This document shows, in pieces, positions 41,543 through 51,834 of a stretch of DNA of 64,000 bases. The stretch covers positions 2,144,001 to 2,208,000 of the forward strand of contig OY760175.1 in the NCBI GenBank assembly GCA_963663165.1, in the 5' to 3' direction. A model generated the notes under the pieces. It searched no databases. It was not told the DNA's origin and saw only the letters and a list, made by a program, of their open reading frames with translations. This DNA is from an uncultured Desulfospira sp. GTDB lineage: Bacteria > Desulfobacterota > Desulfobacteria > Desulfobacterales > Desulfobacteraceae. The translations under genes were made by a program, and so were the position numbers. Every line of letters begins with the position of its first letter. The first letter of the stretch is position 1.

Positions 41543-42124
41543 ATGCCTGACTTTAACCTGCCTCAAATAGCTAATCATACAAAATGTGTGCCTTCTGTTT
41601 TAGCGGCCCTTATATTTTATGGCATCATCAGTATCATACTCTGTTTGATGTGGCCGAAATCCCCTGTTTATGCGGGAGATGAGATTTCTATGTATTACTT
41701 GAGGTATGATGTCCAATCCATTAATCACAAACTCACGGATGAAAAACTGACCATGATTCCGGCTGAAAATGACTTCAGGGCGGAAAATTTTTCTCACCAT
41801 TTATTCTCAGGGTCCATGTCTCCCCGGCCGGGAGAATCCACCCTGACGTTTAAAAAAAGGACCAGGGAGCGGGTTTTAAAATCTGTTCTCAAAGATAAGG
41901 GCTTGAAATCCGTTTACACGGCCAATTATAATACCATTGTCAGTTATGAAGGCGTGGTGAAAGTCCCCATCCAGCTAAAGGTCCAGAAGGGAGACCATGA
42001 GACAGTTGAATTTACAGCCGATATTTATTTTTCCCCCCTGGCATTCCCGGACCGGTGGAAAGGCCTTGAAACAAAAAATAAACTAAATCAGACGGTTCAT
42101 GATATTTTGCAGCTTTTCAAATAA
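41543..42124 (+). CDS. Hypothetical exported/membrane-anchored protein
   Basis: 193-aa ORF with a hydrophobic N-terminal segment, directly upstream of dacB. Confidence 0.55.
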   Translation: MPDFNLPQIANHTKCVPSVLAALIFYGIISIILCLMWPKSPVYAGDEISMYYLRYDVQSINHKLTDEKLTMIPAENDFRAENFSHHLFSGSMSPRPGESTLTFKKRTRERVLKSVLKDKGLKSVYTANYNTIVSYEGVVKVPIQLKVQKGDHETVEFTADIYFSPLAFPDRWKGLETKNKLNQTVHDILQLFK

Positions 42125-42140
42125 CCTCCCCCATGTTCAG

Positions 42141-43361
42141 ATGAAGCGTTACACCCTTTTCCTCATCGTTATCACAGGCCTTCTGCTGTTGTTTCCCCCC
42201 TGCCTGGGAAAAGGTGCCTGTCAACCGGCCCATACCGGTATCCTTTTGGCCGATGAACAGGGAAATGTGCTTTATTCACACAACCTGCACACCCCATTTA
42301 TTCCGGCATCCACCCTGAAAATTCTAACCAGCCTTGCAGCGCTCAAGTCTTTTGAGCAAGGCTTTCGGTATACCACCAAAGCAGATTATGACATCTCATC
42401 AGAATCCCTTCGGGTTAAAGGGCTTGGGGACCCGTTATTTATCTCTGAAATCATACAGGATTTTTGCCTGAATTTAATTGAGAACCAAGCCCTGTGCCAG
42501 GCGACTCCTGTCCGGCAGATTATCCTTGATCTCTCTTATTTTGAACCTGACATTCATATCCCGGGAACCGGCAACACCTTAAACCCCTATGATGCGACAA
42601 CCGGGGCCCTTTGCGCCAATTTCAATACGGTCATGTTTAAAACAGACCCTGTCACCGGAACATATGCCAGTGCCGAACCCCAAACGCCGTTGCCGGATAT
42701 ATTTACAACAGAAATCAAAAAGACAGGCCTGGCTCAGGGAAGAATTTTATTGTCCCCGGATCAGCGGAAGGTATATCCGGGACTGTTAATCCGGCATTTT
42801 CTTAAAGCCAGGGGCATTCCCGTCACCGGAGAAGTTACGATCGGGCCGTTTGGCCCGGATTCAGACACTGTTTTTTCATATCACTCGCGGTTCTCTATGG
42901 AAGAGATTGTCCAGCGGCTGTTGAAATTTTCAAATAATTTTATTGCCAATCAGATCCTTTTGACAATGGGAGCTAGCGTATACGGTCCGCCGGCGACCCT
43001 TGAGAAAGGGGTGAAAGCGCTTGAAACTTTTGCCAAAGAAGGCTTAGGTCTGACGGGAATTGAACTTTCAGAAGGGTCAGGGTTGTCCAGGAAAAACAGG
43101 GTAACGCCCTTTGAAATGGGGAAAATTCTGACCGCATTTGCCCCATACCACACTCTTTTACAGGAGAATCAAACCGAGTATTACAAAACCGGCACCCTGT
43201 CCGATGTCCGATGCCGGGCCGGATATATTAAATCAAAGGACTCCACCCTTTACCCGTTTGTCATCATGGTGAACCAAAAAGGCCAGGGGTATGCCGCTAT
43301 TCTCAAGGACCTCATTGACCGGGTCCATGGTTTGAGGGGCCCAAAGCCGGAAAAACAATAA
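42141..43361 (+). CDS. dacB: D-Ala-D-Ala carboxypeptidase/endopeptidase (peptidase S13)
   Basis: PASTLK (SxxK), SNN, GSGLSR, KTGTL. Confidence 0.87.
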   Translation: MKRYTLFLIVITGLLLLFPPCLGKGACQPAHTGILLADEQGNVLYSHNLHTPFIPASTLKILTSLAALKSFEQGFRYTTKADYDISSESLRVKGLGDPLFISEIIQDFCLNLIENQALCQATPVRQIILDLSYFEPDIHIPGTGNTLNPYDATTGALCANFNTVMFKTDPVTGTYASAEPQTPLPDIFTTEIKKTGLAQGRILLSPDQRKVYPGLLIRHFLKARGIPVTGEVTIGPFGPDSDTVFSYHSRFSMEEIVQRLLKFSNNFIANQILLTMGASVYGPPATLEKGVKALETFAKEGLGLTGIELSEGSGLSRKNRVTPFEMGKILTAFAPYHTLLQENQTEYYKTGTLSDVRCRAGYIKSKDSTLYPFVIMVNQKGQGYAAILKDLIDRVHGLRGPKPEKQ

Positions 43362-43442
43362 TAGACACTGCCCCTGCCGGGGTTCGGATTTCCTGCCTGA
43401 AAGGCTGAAGGCGCTTAGGAGGGCCTATTCCTTTCTTCTAAC

Positions 43443-44234
43443 TTAAGGCGCCTCAGTTTTGTCCCGGGAAAAATGAATATAGGCATAGGCACTGTGGTTA
43501 TGAATGGACTCAAAGTTCTCGGCACTGACCGTGAACCAGGTGATATTGGTATCTTCCATCATAACCTTTGCCACATCCCTGACAATATCCTCTACAAACT
43601 TGGGGTTGTTATACCCTTTTTCCGTGACATATTTTTCATCTTCCCGCTTCAACACGCTAAAGATATCACAAGAGGCCGACTGCTCCACTATATTGACAAT
43701 ATCCTCAATCCAGATCAACCGCTTGAACCGGGCGCAGACCAAGACCTCTCCCCTCTGGTTATGGGCACCGCCGTCACTGATCTCCTTTGAGCAGGGGCAG
43801 ACCGAGGTGATCGGCACGGCCACTTTCAGGACAACATCGGTGTGTTCTGAACCGTTGGAAGAGCCGGTAATGGTGCAGTCATAGTTCATCAACCCCTTTA
43901 TCCCCGTGCTTGGGGCACTTTTTTCAATAAAATAGGGGAAGCTGATTTCAATGTGCGCGGATTTTGCCCCGAGAATCGTTTTCATATCCTGGAGAATGAC
44001 CCTCATGGATTCAAGGGACACCTGGGACCGGAACGTGTGAAGAATCTCAACAAACCGGCTCATATGGGTCCCCTTGCACTGATGGGGCAGATCGACGTAC
44101 ATGGAGATTTCTGCAACGGTCGATTGGATTTTGTTGGTTTTATCTAGAACTTTAACGGGGTATTTAAGGCCTTTGATACCGACCTTGTCAATGGGAATCT
44201 TTCGAAAATCAGGCTGGTTCTGGATGTCGATCAT
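43443..44234 (-). CDS. folE2: GTP cyclohydrolase IB
   Basis: KGTHMSRF, CPCSKEIS, AHNQR, PKFVED, ESIHNHSA. Confidence 0.93.
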   Translation of the reverse strand: MIDIQNQPDFRKIPIDKVGIKGLKYPVKVLDKTNKIQSTVAEISMYVDLPHQCKGTHMSRFVEILHTFRSQVSLESMRVILQDMKTILGAKSAHIEISFPYFIEKSAPSTGIKGLMNYDCTITGSSNGSEHTDVVLKVAVPITSVCPCSKEISDGGAHNQRGEVLVCARFKRLIWIEDIVNIVEQSASCDIFSVLKREDEKYVTEKGYNNPKFVEDIVRDVAKVMMEDTNITWFTVSAENFESIHNHSAYAYIHFSRDKTEAP

Positions 44235-44964
44235 TATCGTTTCCCAAAAGGTAATCTAAGGCAACATTGCTCATTGACCGGAAAATATTACCTTTTATGT
44301 GTTTATTCTGTTTATACAATGTTTCCAGCATGTTTCTAACATCCTCACGCTTGGTGTTCCCCGCGCTGGGGCAGGGATTAACAAATCCGGGAATACCGGA
44401 CCTGCGTGAGACCGCAACGATATCATTCTTGTCCACATATGACAAGGGCCTGATGATATTAAATTTTCCATTAAAAAAAGACTGGTTGGGTTTCATGCTG
44501 CCGATCTTTCCAGTGTAAAACATATTGATAAACAGGGTTTCGATAAGGTCATCCTTATTGTGGCCCAGGGCAATTTTTTGACATCCTTGAAGGGCCGCAA
44601 TTTCAAACAACCTTTTTCTCCTGAGCCTTGAACACAAAAAACAGGGGTTTTCCCTGTTTTCTCCTGAATGGGCCTTAGGGCCGAAATTGGTATATTCCAG
44701 CACCATGGTGCCGTAGGAAGCCGTTACATATTGTTCAAGTTCAGGTGCCGATGAATTGTCAAACCCCGAATCCAGATGAACCGGCAACAGTTCAAACCGT
44801 ATCGGGGCTTTTTTTTTAAGCTCAAACAGCTGGTCCAACAGGACTTGGCTGTCCACACCGCCGGAAATCCCCACAAGGATCCGGTCATTTTCCGAAATCA
44901 TTTCCCAGTCATGGACAGCCCGGCCAATCAAGTGCCGAACCCTCTTTTTCAAGCCGTTTTTCAC
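44209..44964 (-). CDS. ttcA: tRNA 2-thiocytidine synthetase TtcA family
   Basis: PP-loop SGGVDS, CFLCSRLRR, GHNKDD, IRPL, CP; start uncertain. Confidence 0.82.
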   Translation of the reverse strand: MKNGLKKRVRHLIGRAVHDWEMISENDRILVGISGGVDSQVLLDQLFELKKKAPIRFELLPVHLDSGFDNSSAPELEQYVTASYGTMVLEYTNFGPKAHSGENRENPCFLCSRLRRKRLFEIAALQGCQKIALGHNKDDLIETLFINMFYTGKIGSMKPNQSFFNGKFNIIRPLSYVDKNDIVAVSRRSGIPGFVNPCPSAGNTKREDVRNMLETLYKQNKHIKGNIFRSMSNVALDYLLGNDNDRHPEPA

Positions 44965-44980
44965 ATCATTAGGGGGATGA

Positions 44981-45187
44981 TTAATCCTCGGGTGCTTCGA
45001 TTTTTTTTCTGACGATCCGGCCGGCGGCAATCTCCCTTAAAACAGAAACCACATCTCCGTTTTTAGAAGATTTCACCATCAGATCAGCCCCTTCCCTGAC
45101 CTGGCGAACCCTTTTGGCAGCCAGATGAACCAGGGTGAACCGGTTATCGACGTTTTTCAAACAATCTTCAATGGTAACTCGTGCCAA
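44981..45187 (-). CDS. rpoZ: RNA polymerase omega subunit
   Basis: ARVTIEDCL...NRFTLVHLAAKRVRQ...LREIAAG; TTG start after GGAGG. Confidence 0.9.
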   Translation of the reverse strand: MARVTIEDCLKNVDNRFTLVHLAAKRVRQVREGADLMVKSSKNGDVVSVLREIAAGRIVRKKIEAPED

Positions 45188-45212
45188 TATGTATTCCTCC
45201 GAAATTAGGGGT

Positions 45213-45307
45213 TTAGACTGAAGGGGGTTAGACTGAAGGCAATTAACAAATCGGGATGAATCCAACCCTGCCCACTTTCAGTCTAATAGCCTTCAGCCTA
45301 ACAGCCT
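45213..45307. repeat. Intergenic repeat hairpin between greA and rpoZ
   Basis: TTAGACTGAAGG twice, then inverted TTCAGTCTAA / CTTCAGCCTAA. Confidence 0.6.
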
Positions 45308-45308
45308 T

Positions 45309-45776
45309 TCATAATATTTCAATTATTTCATAAATTCTCTTACCACCCGGAGCCTGAAGAACCGCTTCATCTCCCGGCTCCTTACCAATAAGGGCTTTGC
45401 CCAAGGGCGAGTCAACCGAAATCTTTCCAAGTTTTATATCGGCCTCATCAGGCCCCACAATCATATATTCAACCTCTTCTTCAGAATCCAGGTTCTCAAC
45501 CAGGACCTTGCTGGCAAACCGGATCACGTCTTTGGGTACGGTTTTGGGATCTATGACTTTTGCATTGCCAAGCTTATAACCGATTTCACCTATCCGGCCC
45601 TCAATAAAGGACTGGCGTTCCTTTGCGGCATGGTATTCCGCATTTTCGGACAGATCACCATGGGCACGGGCCGTCTCAATGGCTTTAATGGTCTCGGGAC
45701 GATCAATGGTTTTCAGTTTTTCAAGCTCTTTTTTCAGCGCTTTGAACCCTTCTTTGGTAATGGGTATTTGTTCCAA
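45309..45776 (-). CDS. greA: Transcription elongation factor GreA
   Basis: ARAHGDLSENAEYHAAKE, SPLGKALIGK. Confidence 0.95.
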   Translation of the reverse strand: MEQIPITKEGFKALKKELEKLKTIDRPETIKAIETARAHGDLSENAEYHAAKERQSFIEGRIGEIGYKLGNAKVIDPKTVPKDVIRFASKVLVENLDSEEEVEYMIVGPDEADIKLGKISVDSPLGKALIGKEPGDEAVLQAPGGKRIYEIIEIL

Positions 45777-45812
45777 AATCTAGTTTATCTCCATTCTCTT
45801 TTAATTTTATTT

Positions 45813-46475
45813 TTATTCCATATACCCGATCACAGTAGTCCCCGCTTTGGTTATATCCCCGGGTTTGACAGCCACCTGAAAATCAACGGGCAGATAAAGG
45901 TCCAGCCGTGAGCCGAACTGAATCATTCCGTACCGTTCTCCTTTGACCACTTTTTCCCCAGCCCTTACACAGTTGACAATTCTTCGGGCAATCAGGCCGG
46001 CCACCTGAACAACCGCAAAAATTTTGTCCCCCGGTGTTTTGATGACCAGTGCATTCCTTTCATTGTGTTCGGATGCCTTGTCAAAGGAGGCATTAATAAA
46101 CTTGCCGGGATGATAGGCAACCTGCTCAACCACCCCGTCAAAAGGAATCCGGTTCACATGAACATTAAACACGTTCATGAAAATGCTGACCTTCAGGCAG
46201 GGACCCTGAATATACTGGCTGTTGTCTTGCTTCTCAACCAGAATCACCCGGCCATCCGCAGGGGAAATCAGGCTGTTGGCCTCGTCCGGCGCTTTTCTGT
46301 CAGGGTCCCGGAAAAACCAGGTGATAAAACAGGTCAACCCTAAACAGACCCAGGCCGGTACAACCCATCCAAAATAAAAAAGCCCCCCGGTAACCAGGGC
46401 GGCAAAAAAAATGTATTTAAGTCCGGGGACGGCAACGGGCAAAACTGCCCTGGCCGGCCATTTTGACTGCTCCAT
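45813..46475 (-). CDS. psd: Phosphatidylserine decarboxylase
   Basis: FFRDP, SPADG, FNVHVNR, FGSRLD self-cleavage motif. Confidence 0.92.
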   Translation of the reverse strand: MEQSKWPARAVLPVAVPGLKYIFFAALVTGGLFYFGWVVPAWVCLGLTCFITWFFRDPDRKAPDEANSLISPADGRVILVEKQDNSQYIQGPCLKVSIFMNVFNVHVNRIPFDGVVEQVAYHPGKFINASFDKASEHNERNALVIKTPGDKIFAVVQVAGLIARRIVNCVRAGEKVVKGERYGMIQFGSRLDLYLPVDFQVAVKPGDITKAGTTVIGYME

Positions 46476-46541
46476 AAGACAGTATTTCCTTAAACTATAT
46501 CCAAACTAAAATATACAAAACAAGACCTTATGTCAACATTC

Positions 46542-46576
46542 AAGAAACTGGAAACTTGAAACAAGAGACAAGAAAG
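46542..46576. repeat. Heptamer tandem repeat
   Basis: aagaaac tggaaac ttgaaac aagagac aagaaag. Confidence 0.6.
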
Positions 46577-46601
46577 CTATATAAATGGCTTTTCCCTGTG
46601 G

Positions 46602-47303
46602 TTAGTTTTCCGGCATAGTGCCAAGATTTATTTCAGCATCTGATTTCCGGATGTATGTGGGGGTTAGTGACCGGTCAGGGTCACTGAACGGTGTGTTGTC
46701 ACAAAGCACCGGGCCGGCAAGGGCTGCAGCGCTCACATAGTCCATGGCCGGCGCCGAGAATAACGCCCTGCCCCCCATCTTCTCCAAAATGATATCCTGG
46801 TATGCCTTTGTGCCTGATCCGGCAAACAGGACCTCCCTGGCCGACCCCATGGTTTCCAGAATTTTTTGAGCAGACTCAACCACTTCTTCGCTTTTTTTCT
46901 CAAGCTGCCCTTTGGAAAACTTAAAGGTGGCCGAATAAACCTGGCCGCGTCTGGCATCCATCATCACACAGACCGGCTGGCTGCAATGGCTGAACCGCCA
47001 GGCAATCCCGTCCAGGCTTGAAACCCCGATGCAGGGTCTGGACAAGGCATAGGCAAGCCCCTTAACCACACTGATGCCGATGCGAAGGCCTGTAAAACTT
47101 CCCGGCCCCCTGGCCGCAACATACCCGTCCACATCTTCAAGGGTCAGGCCTGCCCGGTCCACCACCAGGTTCTCGATCATAAAAATAAGCCGCCTGGAAT
47201 GGGTCAGCCTGCTGGTCCAATACGATTCACAGATCAGGGCCTTTCCGTCAAACACAGCCAGGCTGGCCCCCTGTTCGGCCGTACTCAGGCTTAATATGTT
47301 CAC
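46602..47303 (-). CDS. tsaB: t6A biosynthesis protein TsaB
   Basis: HSRRL, GPGSFTGLRIG, DARRGQVY. Confidence 0.92.
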   Translation of the reverse strand: MNILSLSTAEQGASLAVFDGKALICESYWTSRLTHSRRLIFMIENLVVDRAGLTLEDVDGYVAARGPGSFTGLRIGISVVKGLAYALSRPCIGVSSLDGIAWRFSHCSQPVCVMMDARRGQVYSATFKFSKGQLEKKSEEVVESAQKILETMGSAREVLFAGSGTKAYQDIILEKMGGRALFSAPAMDYVSAAALAGPVLCDNTPFSDPDRSLTPTYIRKSDAEINLGTMPEN

Positions 47304-47305
47304 TG

Positions 47306-49681
47306 TTAACTATTCTCTAAGGCAATTTCAAGGACTTCGCTCACATCCCTGACACAGGTAAATTTAAGCTTGCTTTTAATGGTTTTGGGAATATCATACA
47401 GGTCTTTCTGGTTTTTTTCCGGAATAATCACATGCTTGATGCCGGCCCTGAGCGCCCCAAGGGCTTTTTCCTTAAGTCCGCCAATGGGCAGAACCCGCCC
47501 CCGCAAGGAAATCTCTCCGGTCATGGCCACCTTGTTGTTGACTTTTTTGTTGGTAAAGGCGGACACCAGGGCCGTGGCCATGGCAATTCCGGCCGAAGGA
47601 CCGTCCTTTGGGATGGCGCCTGCCGGCACATGGATGTGGATATCACTGTCCTCAAAGACTTTTTTATCAATTCCCAGCTTTTCCTGGTTGGCTTTGGTAT
47701 AGGTTAAGGCGGCCCGGGCACTTTCCTGCATCACCTCTCCGATCTGGCCTGTGAGCAGCAGTTCTCCCTTGCCCGGGAAAATTGAAATTTCGATATACAG
47801 GTGCTCACCGCCGACCTCTGTCCATGCGAGCCCCGTTGCCAAACCCACCTGGCTTTCTTCCTGATCCATCTCAGGCTGGTACTTTGGCGGCCCCAGATAC
47901 CGAATCAAATTCTGCTGCGTGACGGCAAATTTGCCTTTTTTACCTTCGGCAATCTGCCGGGCAATTTTCCGACAGATGGTATCCAGGCGCCGTTCAAGCC
48001 CCCGGACCCCAGCCTCAAGGGTATAGTCCGAAACAATGGTCTCCATGGCATTGGGGCTGATGCTGATGGTCCTTCTGATCAACCCGTTGTCTTTAAGCTT
48101 TCGGGGAAAAAGGTGTCTGCAGGCAATCTCAATTTTTTCCTGGCGGGTATACCCGGGGATATGGATGATTTCCATCCTGTCCAACAGGGCGGAAGGGATG
48201 GTATCGGCTATATTGGCCGTGAGAATAAACATGACATTGGACAGATCAAAGGGCATGTTCAGGTAATGATCGGAAAACTCAATGTTCTGTTCCGGGTCAA
48301 GGGCCTCTAGAAGGGCTGAAGACGGATCGCCCCTGAAATCATTGCCAAGTTTGTCAATTTCATCAAGCATGAATACCGGGTTATTGGTGCCGCACTGGCG
48401 AAGCCCCTGAAGGATTCGGCCGGGCATGGAGCCGATATAGGTTCTTCTGTGCCCCCTGATTTCCGCCTCATCCCTAATGCCGCCAAGGGAAACCCGGTGA
48501 AATTTTCGTTTAACCGCCTTTGCAACGGCCCTGCCAAGAGAGGTTTTCCCCACCCCGGGAGGACCGACAAAACAGATAATCTGCCCTTTTTTCCCGGGAT
48601 TCAGCTTCCGGACGCTGAGGTATTCAAGAATCCGTTCTTTGGCCTTTTCAAGCCCGAAATGATTCTGATCCAAAATATCCTGGGCCTTTTTAATATCCAG
48701 ACTGTCCCGGGTTGTCCGGCTCCAGGGCAGTTCAACAATGCAGTCCAGGTAAGTTCTGATCACCGAGGCTTCAGAGGAATCCGAGTGCATCTGCTCCAGC
48801 CGCTTGAGCTGCTTAAAGGCCTCTTCTTCACACTTTCCGGGCATTTTGCATTTTTTGATCTTTTTCCGGAAATCTTCCAGCTCGGCCAGTTTTTCATCGC
48901 TTTCACCCAGTTCCCGGTGAATGGCTTTGACCTGCTCCCGAAGGTAATAATCCCTCTGGTTTCTGGAGATCTCGTCTTTGACCGTGGTCTGAATTTTGGC
49001 CTGAACCGTTGACAGATCCAATTCCCGGGCCAGCAGGTCATTAACTTTTTTTAACCGCTCCAGGGTATCGGTAATCTCCAGCAGGATCTGGGCATCCTCA
49101 ACCTTGAGGTTCAAATTGGACGCCACCAGGTCGGCCAGCTTCCCCGGAGAGTCAATATGGGAAAGAAGCTCTCCCACATCCCCGGCAAGTTCCCCTTTAA
49201 GGGACAACAGTTTTTCACAGTTTTCCTTGACGTTTCTCATCAAGGCTTCAATCTCGATATCCAGCTGCTCAGGCTCTTTGTCAAAGAGGATATCCACACT
49301 GACCTTGAAAAACCGTCGCTTCTGGGTGTATTCCTTGACCCCGGCTTTGGCAATCCCCTGGACAAGGGCCTTGATCCGTCCGTCGGGCAATTTGATCATT
49401 TTCTGAACCCGGCCGATGGTTCCAATGCCGTAAACATCTTCTATCCCGGGTTTTTCAACTTCAGAATCTTTTTGGGCCGCCAGGAAAATATACCGGTCAG
49501 ACTCGATACAATACTCCATGGCTTTAATTGACTTTTCACGCCCAACAAACAACGGCAGCAGCATATCTGTAAAAACCACCACGTCCCTGACCGGCATCAT
49601 GGGGAGTATCTTTGGAATATTCTCCGTGTCGCCTTCTTTCTCAATTATTTCTATGAGATCATCAATATCTGCTTCTGCCAT
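47306..49681 (-). CDS. lon: ATP-dependent protease La
   Basis: GPPGVGKTS, DEAEIRGHRRTY, PKDGPSAG, IGGLKEK. Confidence 0.96.
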   Translation of the reverse strand: MAEADIDDLIEIIEKEGDTENIPKILPMMPVRDVVVFTDMLLPLFVGREKSIKAMEYCIESDRYIFLAAQKDSEVEKPGIEDVYGIGTIGRVQKMIKLPDGRIKALVQGIAKAGVKEYTQKRRFFKVSVDILFDKEPEQLDIEIEALMRNVKENCEKLLSLKGELAGDVGELLSHIDSPGKLADLVASNLNLKVEDAQILLEITDTLERLKKVNDLLARELDLSTVQAKIQTTVKDEISRNQRDYYLREQVKAIHRELGESDEKLAELEDFRKKIKKCKMPGKCEEEAFKQLKRLEQMHSDSSEASVIRTYLDCIVELPWSRTTRDSLDIKKAQDILDQNHFGLEKAKERILEYLSVRKLNPGKKGQIICFVGPPGVGKTSLGRAVAKAVKRKFHRVSLGGIRDEAEIRGHRRTYIGSMPGRILQGLRQCGTNNPVFMLDEIDKLGNDFRGDPSSALLEALDPEQNIEFSDHYLNMPFDLSNVMFILTANIADTIPSALLDRMEIIHIPGYTRQEKIEIACRHLFPRKLKDNGLIRRTISISPNAMETIVSDYTLEAGVRGLERRLDTICRKIARQIAEGKKGKFAVTQQNLIRYLGPPKYQPEMDQEESQVGLATGLAWTEVGGEHLYIEISIFPGKGELLLTGQIGEVMQESARAALTYTKANQEKLGIDKKVFEDSDIHIHVPAGAIPKDGPSAGIAMATALVSAFTNKKVNNKVAMTGEISLRGRVLPIGGLKEKALGALRAGIKHVIIPEKNQKDLYDIPKTIKSKLKFTCVRDVSEVLEIALENS

Positions 49682-49917
49682 CTAAACTCCTCATATTTTT
49701 TACCGTAAAAAAGCCCAAAGGTCCGGTCAGGCCTTTTCACAGATTTGGGCAAATTTAAAAAATTCAACTTGTCCGCCTTCCGGAAAGCATCATTACCGGA
49801 AGCCAAATTGAGATTACAATAACGCAAAATTTTATTTTTACAATATCCTTGCAAAAATAATTTCAAAATCAGATAACTCTTACAAACCCGACTTTAACTG
49901 CAAGGAATTATAATAGT

Positions 49918-50700
49918 ATGACCCCTTTATTGATCCCCAGCCTGATGGTATTTATATTTGGTTCCTGCATCGGCAGTTTTTTAAATGTCTGTATTTACCG
50001 GGTCCCGTTGAAAAAATCCGTTGTCACGCCCGGATCGTTCTGCCCGGGTTGTAAAAAGCCGATCCCTTTTTACTGCAATATCCCCATATTAAGCTACGCC
50101 CTCCTTGGCGGGAAATGCAAATCCTGCCGCACCCCCATCCCCTTTCGCTACCCCTTTGTGGAGTTTATAACGGCAAGCCTTGCCGTCTGTACGGCCGTAA
50201 AATTCGGATTAACCGGGCAGGCCCTGGTCTGGTTCGCATTTATCTGTATCCTTATTGTCATCACGTTTATTGACATTGACCACCAGATTATTCCGGATGT
50301 CCTGTCCATACCGGGCACAGTCTGTTTTGCCGTTCTCGCCTTTTTTGTTCTTGGCATCAAACCGGCCGCCATATTGGCGGGGATACTTCTTGGCGGCGGA
50401 TTTTTATATGCCGTGGCCCTCGGGTATTATCTGATCAGAAAAGAACAGGGCATGGGGGGCGGGGACATTAAGCTCATGGCCATGGTCGGATCAGTGCTTG
50501 GGGTGAAAGGGGTGTTGTTTACCATTTTTGCAGGTTCCCTGATCGGCAGCATCTCAGGGGTATTAATTATTTTATGCAGCAAAGTGATGAATATCCGGCA
50601 GAAAATTCCGTTTGGTCCCTATCTTTCCGGCGGGGCACTCCTTTACATTTTCTATGGCGAAGAGCTGATCCGCTGGTATATTCAAATAGTTACAAAATAG
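49918..50700 (+). CDS. pilD: Prepilin peptidase
   Basis: GSFLNVCIYR, two CxxC pairs, IDID, GGGDIK, IPFGPYL. Confidence 0.92.
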   Translation: MTPLLIPSLMVFIFGSCIGSFLNVCIYRVPLKKSVVTPGSFCPGCKKPIPFYCNIPILSYALLGGKCKSCRTPIPFRYPFVEFITASLAVCTAVKFGLTGQALVWFAFICILIVITFIDIDHQIIPDVLSIPGTVCFAVLAFFVLGIKPAAILAGILLGGGFLYAVALGYYLIRKEQGMGGGDIKLMAMVGSVLGVKGVLFTIFAGSLIGSISGVLIILCSKVMNIRQKIPFGPYLSGGALLYIFYGEELIRWYIQIVTK

Positions 50701-50754
50701 TCCGAAATTGGAAAAGCCATTATAGAATGGGCGCCAACGGCGCTTCCTCTTCTT

Positions 50755-50796
50755 GTTTCCAGTTTCCAGTTTCTTGTCTCTTGTTTCTTGTTTCTT
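50755..50796. repeat. Heptamer tandem repeat between convergent pilD and cheX
   Basis: gtttcca gtttcca gtttctt gtctctt gtttctt gtttctt. Confidence 0.65.
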
Positions 50797-50798
50797 GC

Positions 50799-51263
50799 CT
50801 ATTCCTGATAGCAGACTTCAATCACCAGCTTTCCCTTTGTAGTTTTAAACGGAAGGGACAAGACCTCTCCACCGCCCTCAATATGTTCGATGGTTTCACC
50901 GACCCCGGTGCTGACCCGGTCAAGCTTTACTTTTACTTTTTTATCCAATTCCGCGATTTTAGTACTCACATGACCGGCCACCATATTGGATATCTCTCCT
51001 ACAGCATCCAGGATTTCATCATTTATCTCAGACATTTCCTCTCCAAACATGGCGGACACGATGCCTAGGATACTTTTTTCAGAAAAGCTGATAACCGCCG
51101 TTCCTTTCAGGTCACCATCAACTACTAGAATGCCGGAAATATCCCCTTGAGCCTTGCGGCCTGATTTCAGGAAAGGCGGTTCCGGCCTGGCTTTTACGAA
51201 AGCGGTGGTGTCGAGGATGTGTAAGGTTCCCTCTATAAAAGGGTTGACATAAGATGCGTCCAT
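50799..51263 (-). CDS. cheX: Chemotaxis phosphatase CheX
   Basis: YVNPFI, DISG, DAVGEISNMVAG (ExxN). Confidence 0.87.
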   Translation of the reverse strand: MDASYVNPFIEGTLHILDTTAFVKARPEPPFLKSGRKAQGDISGILVVDGDLKGTAVISFSEKSILGIVSAMFGEEMSEINDEILDAVGEISNMVAGHVSTKIAELDKKVKVKLDRVSTGVGETIEHIEGGGEVLSLPFKTTKGKLVIEVCYQE

Positions 51264-51341
51264 ATTTTCCTCCTCTTTCGTTAATTTTATGACTTTGACC
51301 ATGCCAGCGCAACGATTTTTTTTAAAAAAGTGAATAAATCC

Positions 51342-51370
51342 TTGACAGGCCTTGCTCAACGACGTAACGT
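51342..51370 (+). promoter_or_regulatory. Putative sigma70 promoter of hup
   Basis: TTGACA-N17-TAACGT. Confidence 0.45.
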
Positions 51371-51493
51371 ACGCTGAAAGCTGATTTAAAACAATTAACC
51401 TTGAAAAAACGTGTTTTCCACCAAATTTTGCGTTGAACAAGGTCCTTTTTAATACTAAATTTCCTAGAAACTCAAAAAAAAGGAGTGAACAAG

Positions 51494-51763
51494 ATGAACA
51501 AAGGCGATTTGATCAACAAGGTTTCTGAAGTGCTTAGCAGCAAAAAAGAAGCTCAGGCTGCGGTAGACTGCGTCATTACTTCTATCACTGAAGCGCTGGC
51601 CGGCAATGACTCTGTTACCTTGGTCGGATTCGGCACATTTAAAACCGCAGAAAGAAAAGCCAGAAAAGGCAGAAATCCCCAATCTGGAAAAGAAATCAAC
51701 ATTCCTGCCAGAAACGTCCCCAAATTTGTACCTGGAAAAGCATTAAAAGATGCCGTAAAATAA
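51494..51763 (+). CDS. hup: HU DNA-binding protein
   Basis: MNKGDLI, VGFGTF, RKGRNPQSG, PKFVPGKALKDAV. Confidence 0.95.
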   Translation: MNKGDLINKVSEVLSSKKEAQAAVDCVITSITEALAGNDSVTLVGFGTFKTAERKARKGRNPQSGKEINIPARNVPKFVPGKALKDAVK

Positions 51764-51834
51764 ACGTGATGCTGCCTGAAATGTTCAGGCAGTTATTAGC
51801 GTTTTGTTAATGCTGCCTGAACAGGCTTTCGACC

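Noticed and set aside
44981..45265. 94-aa extended rpoZ from the ORF track
   Set aside because: The extension runs through an intergenic repeat; the TTG at 45187 with a GGAGG RBS gives the normal protein.
47370..49531. Several 90-190 aa plus-strand ORFs
   Set aside because: All are antisense to lon.
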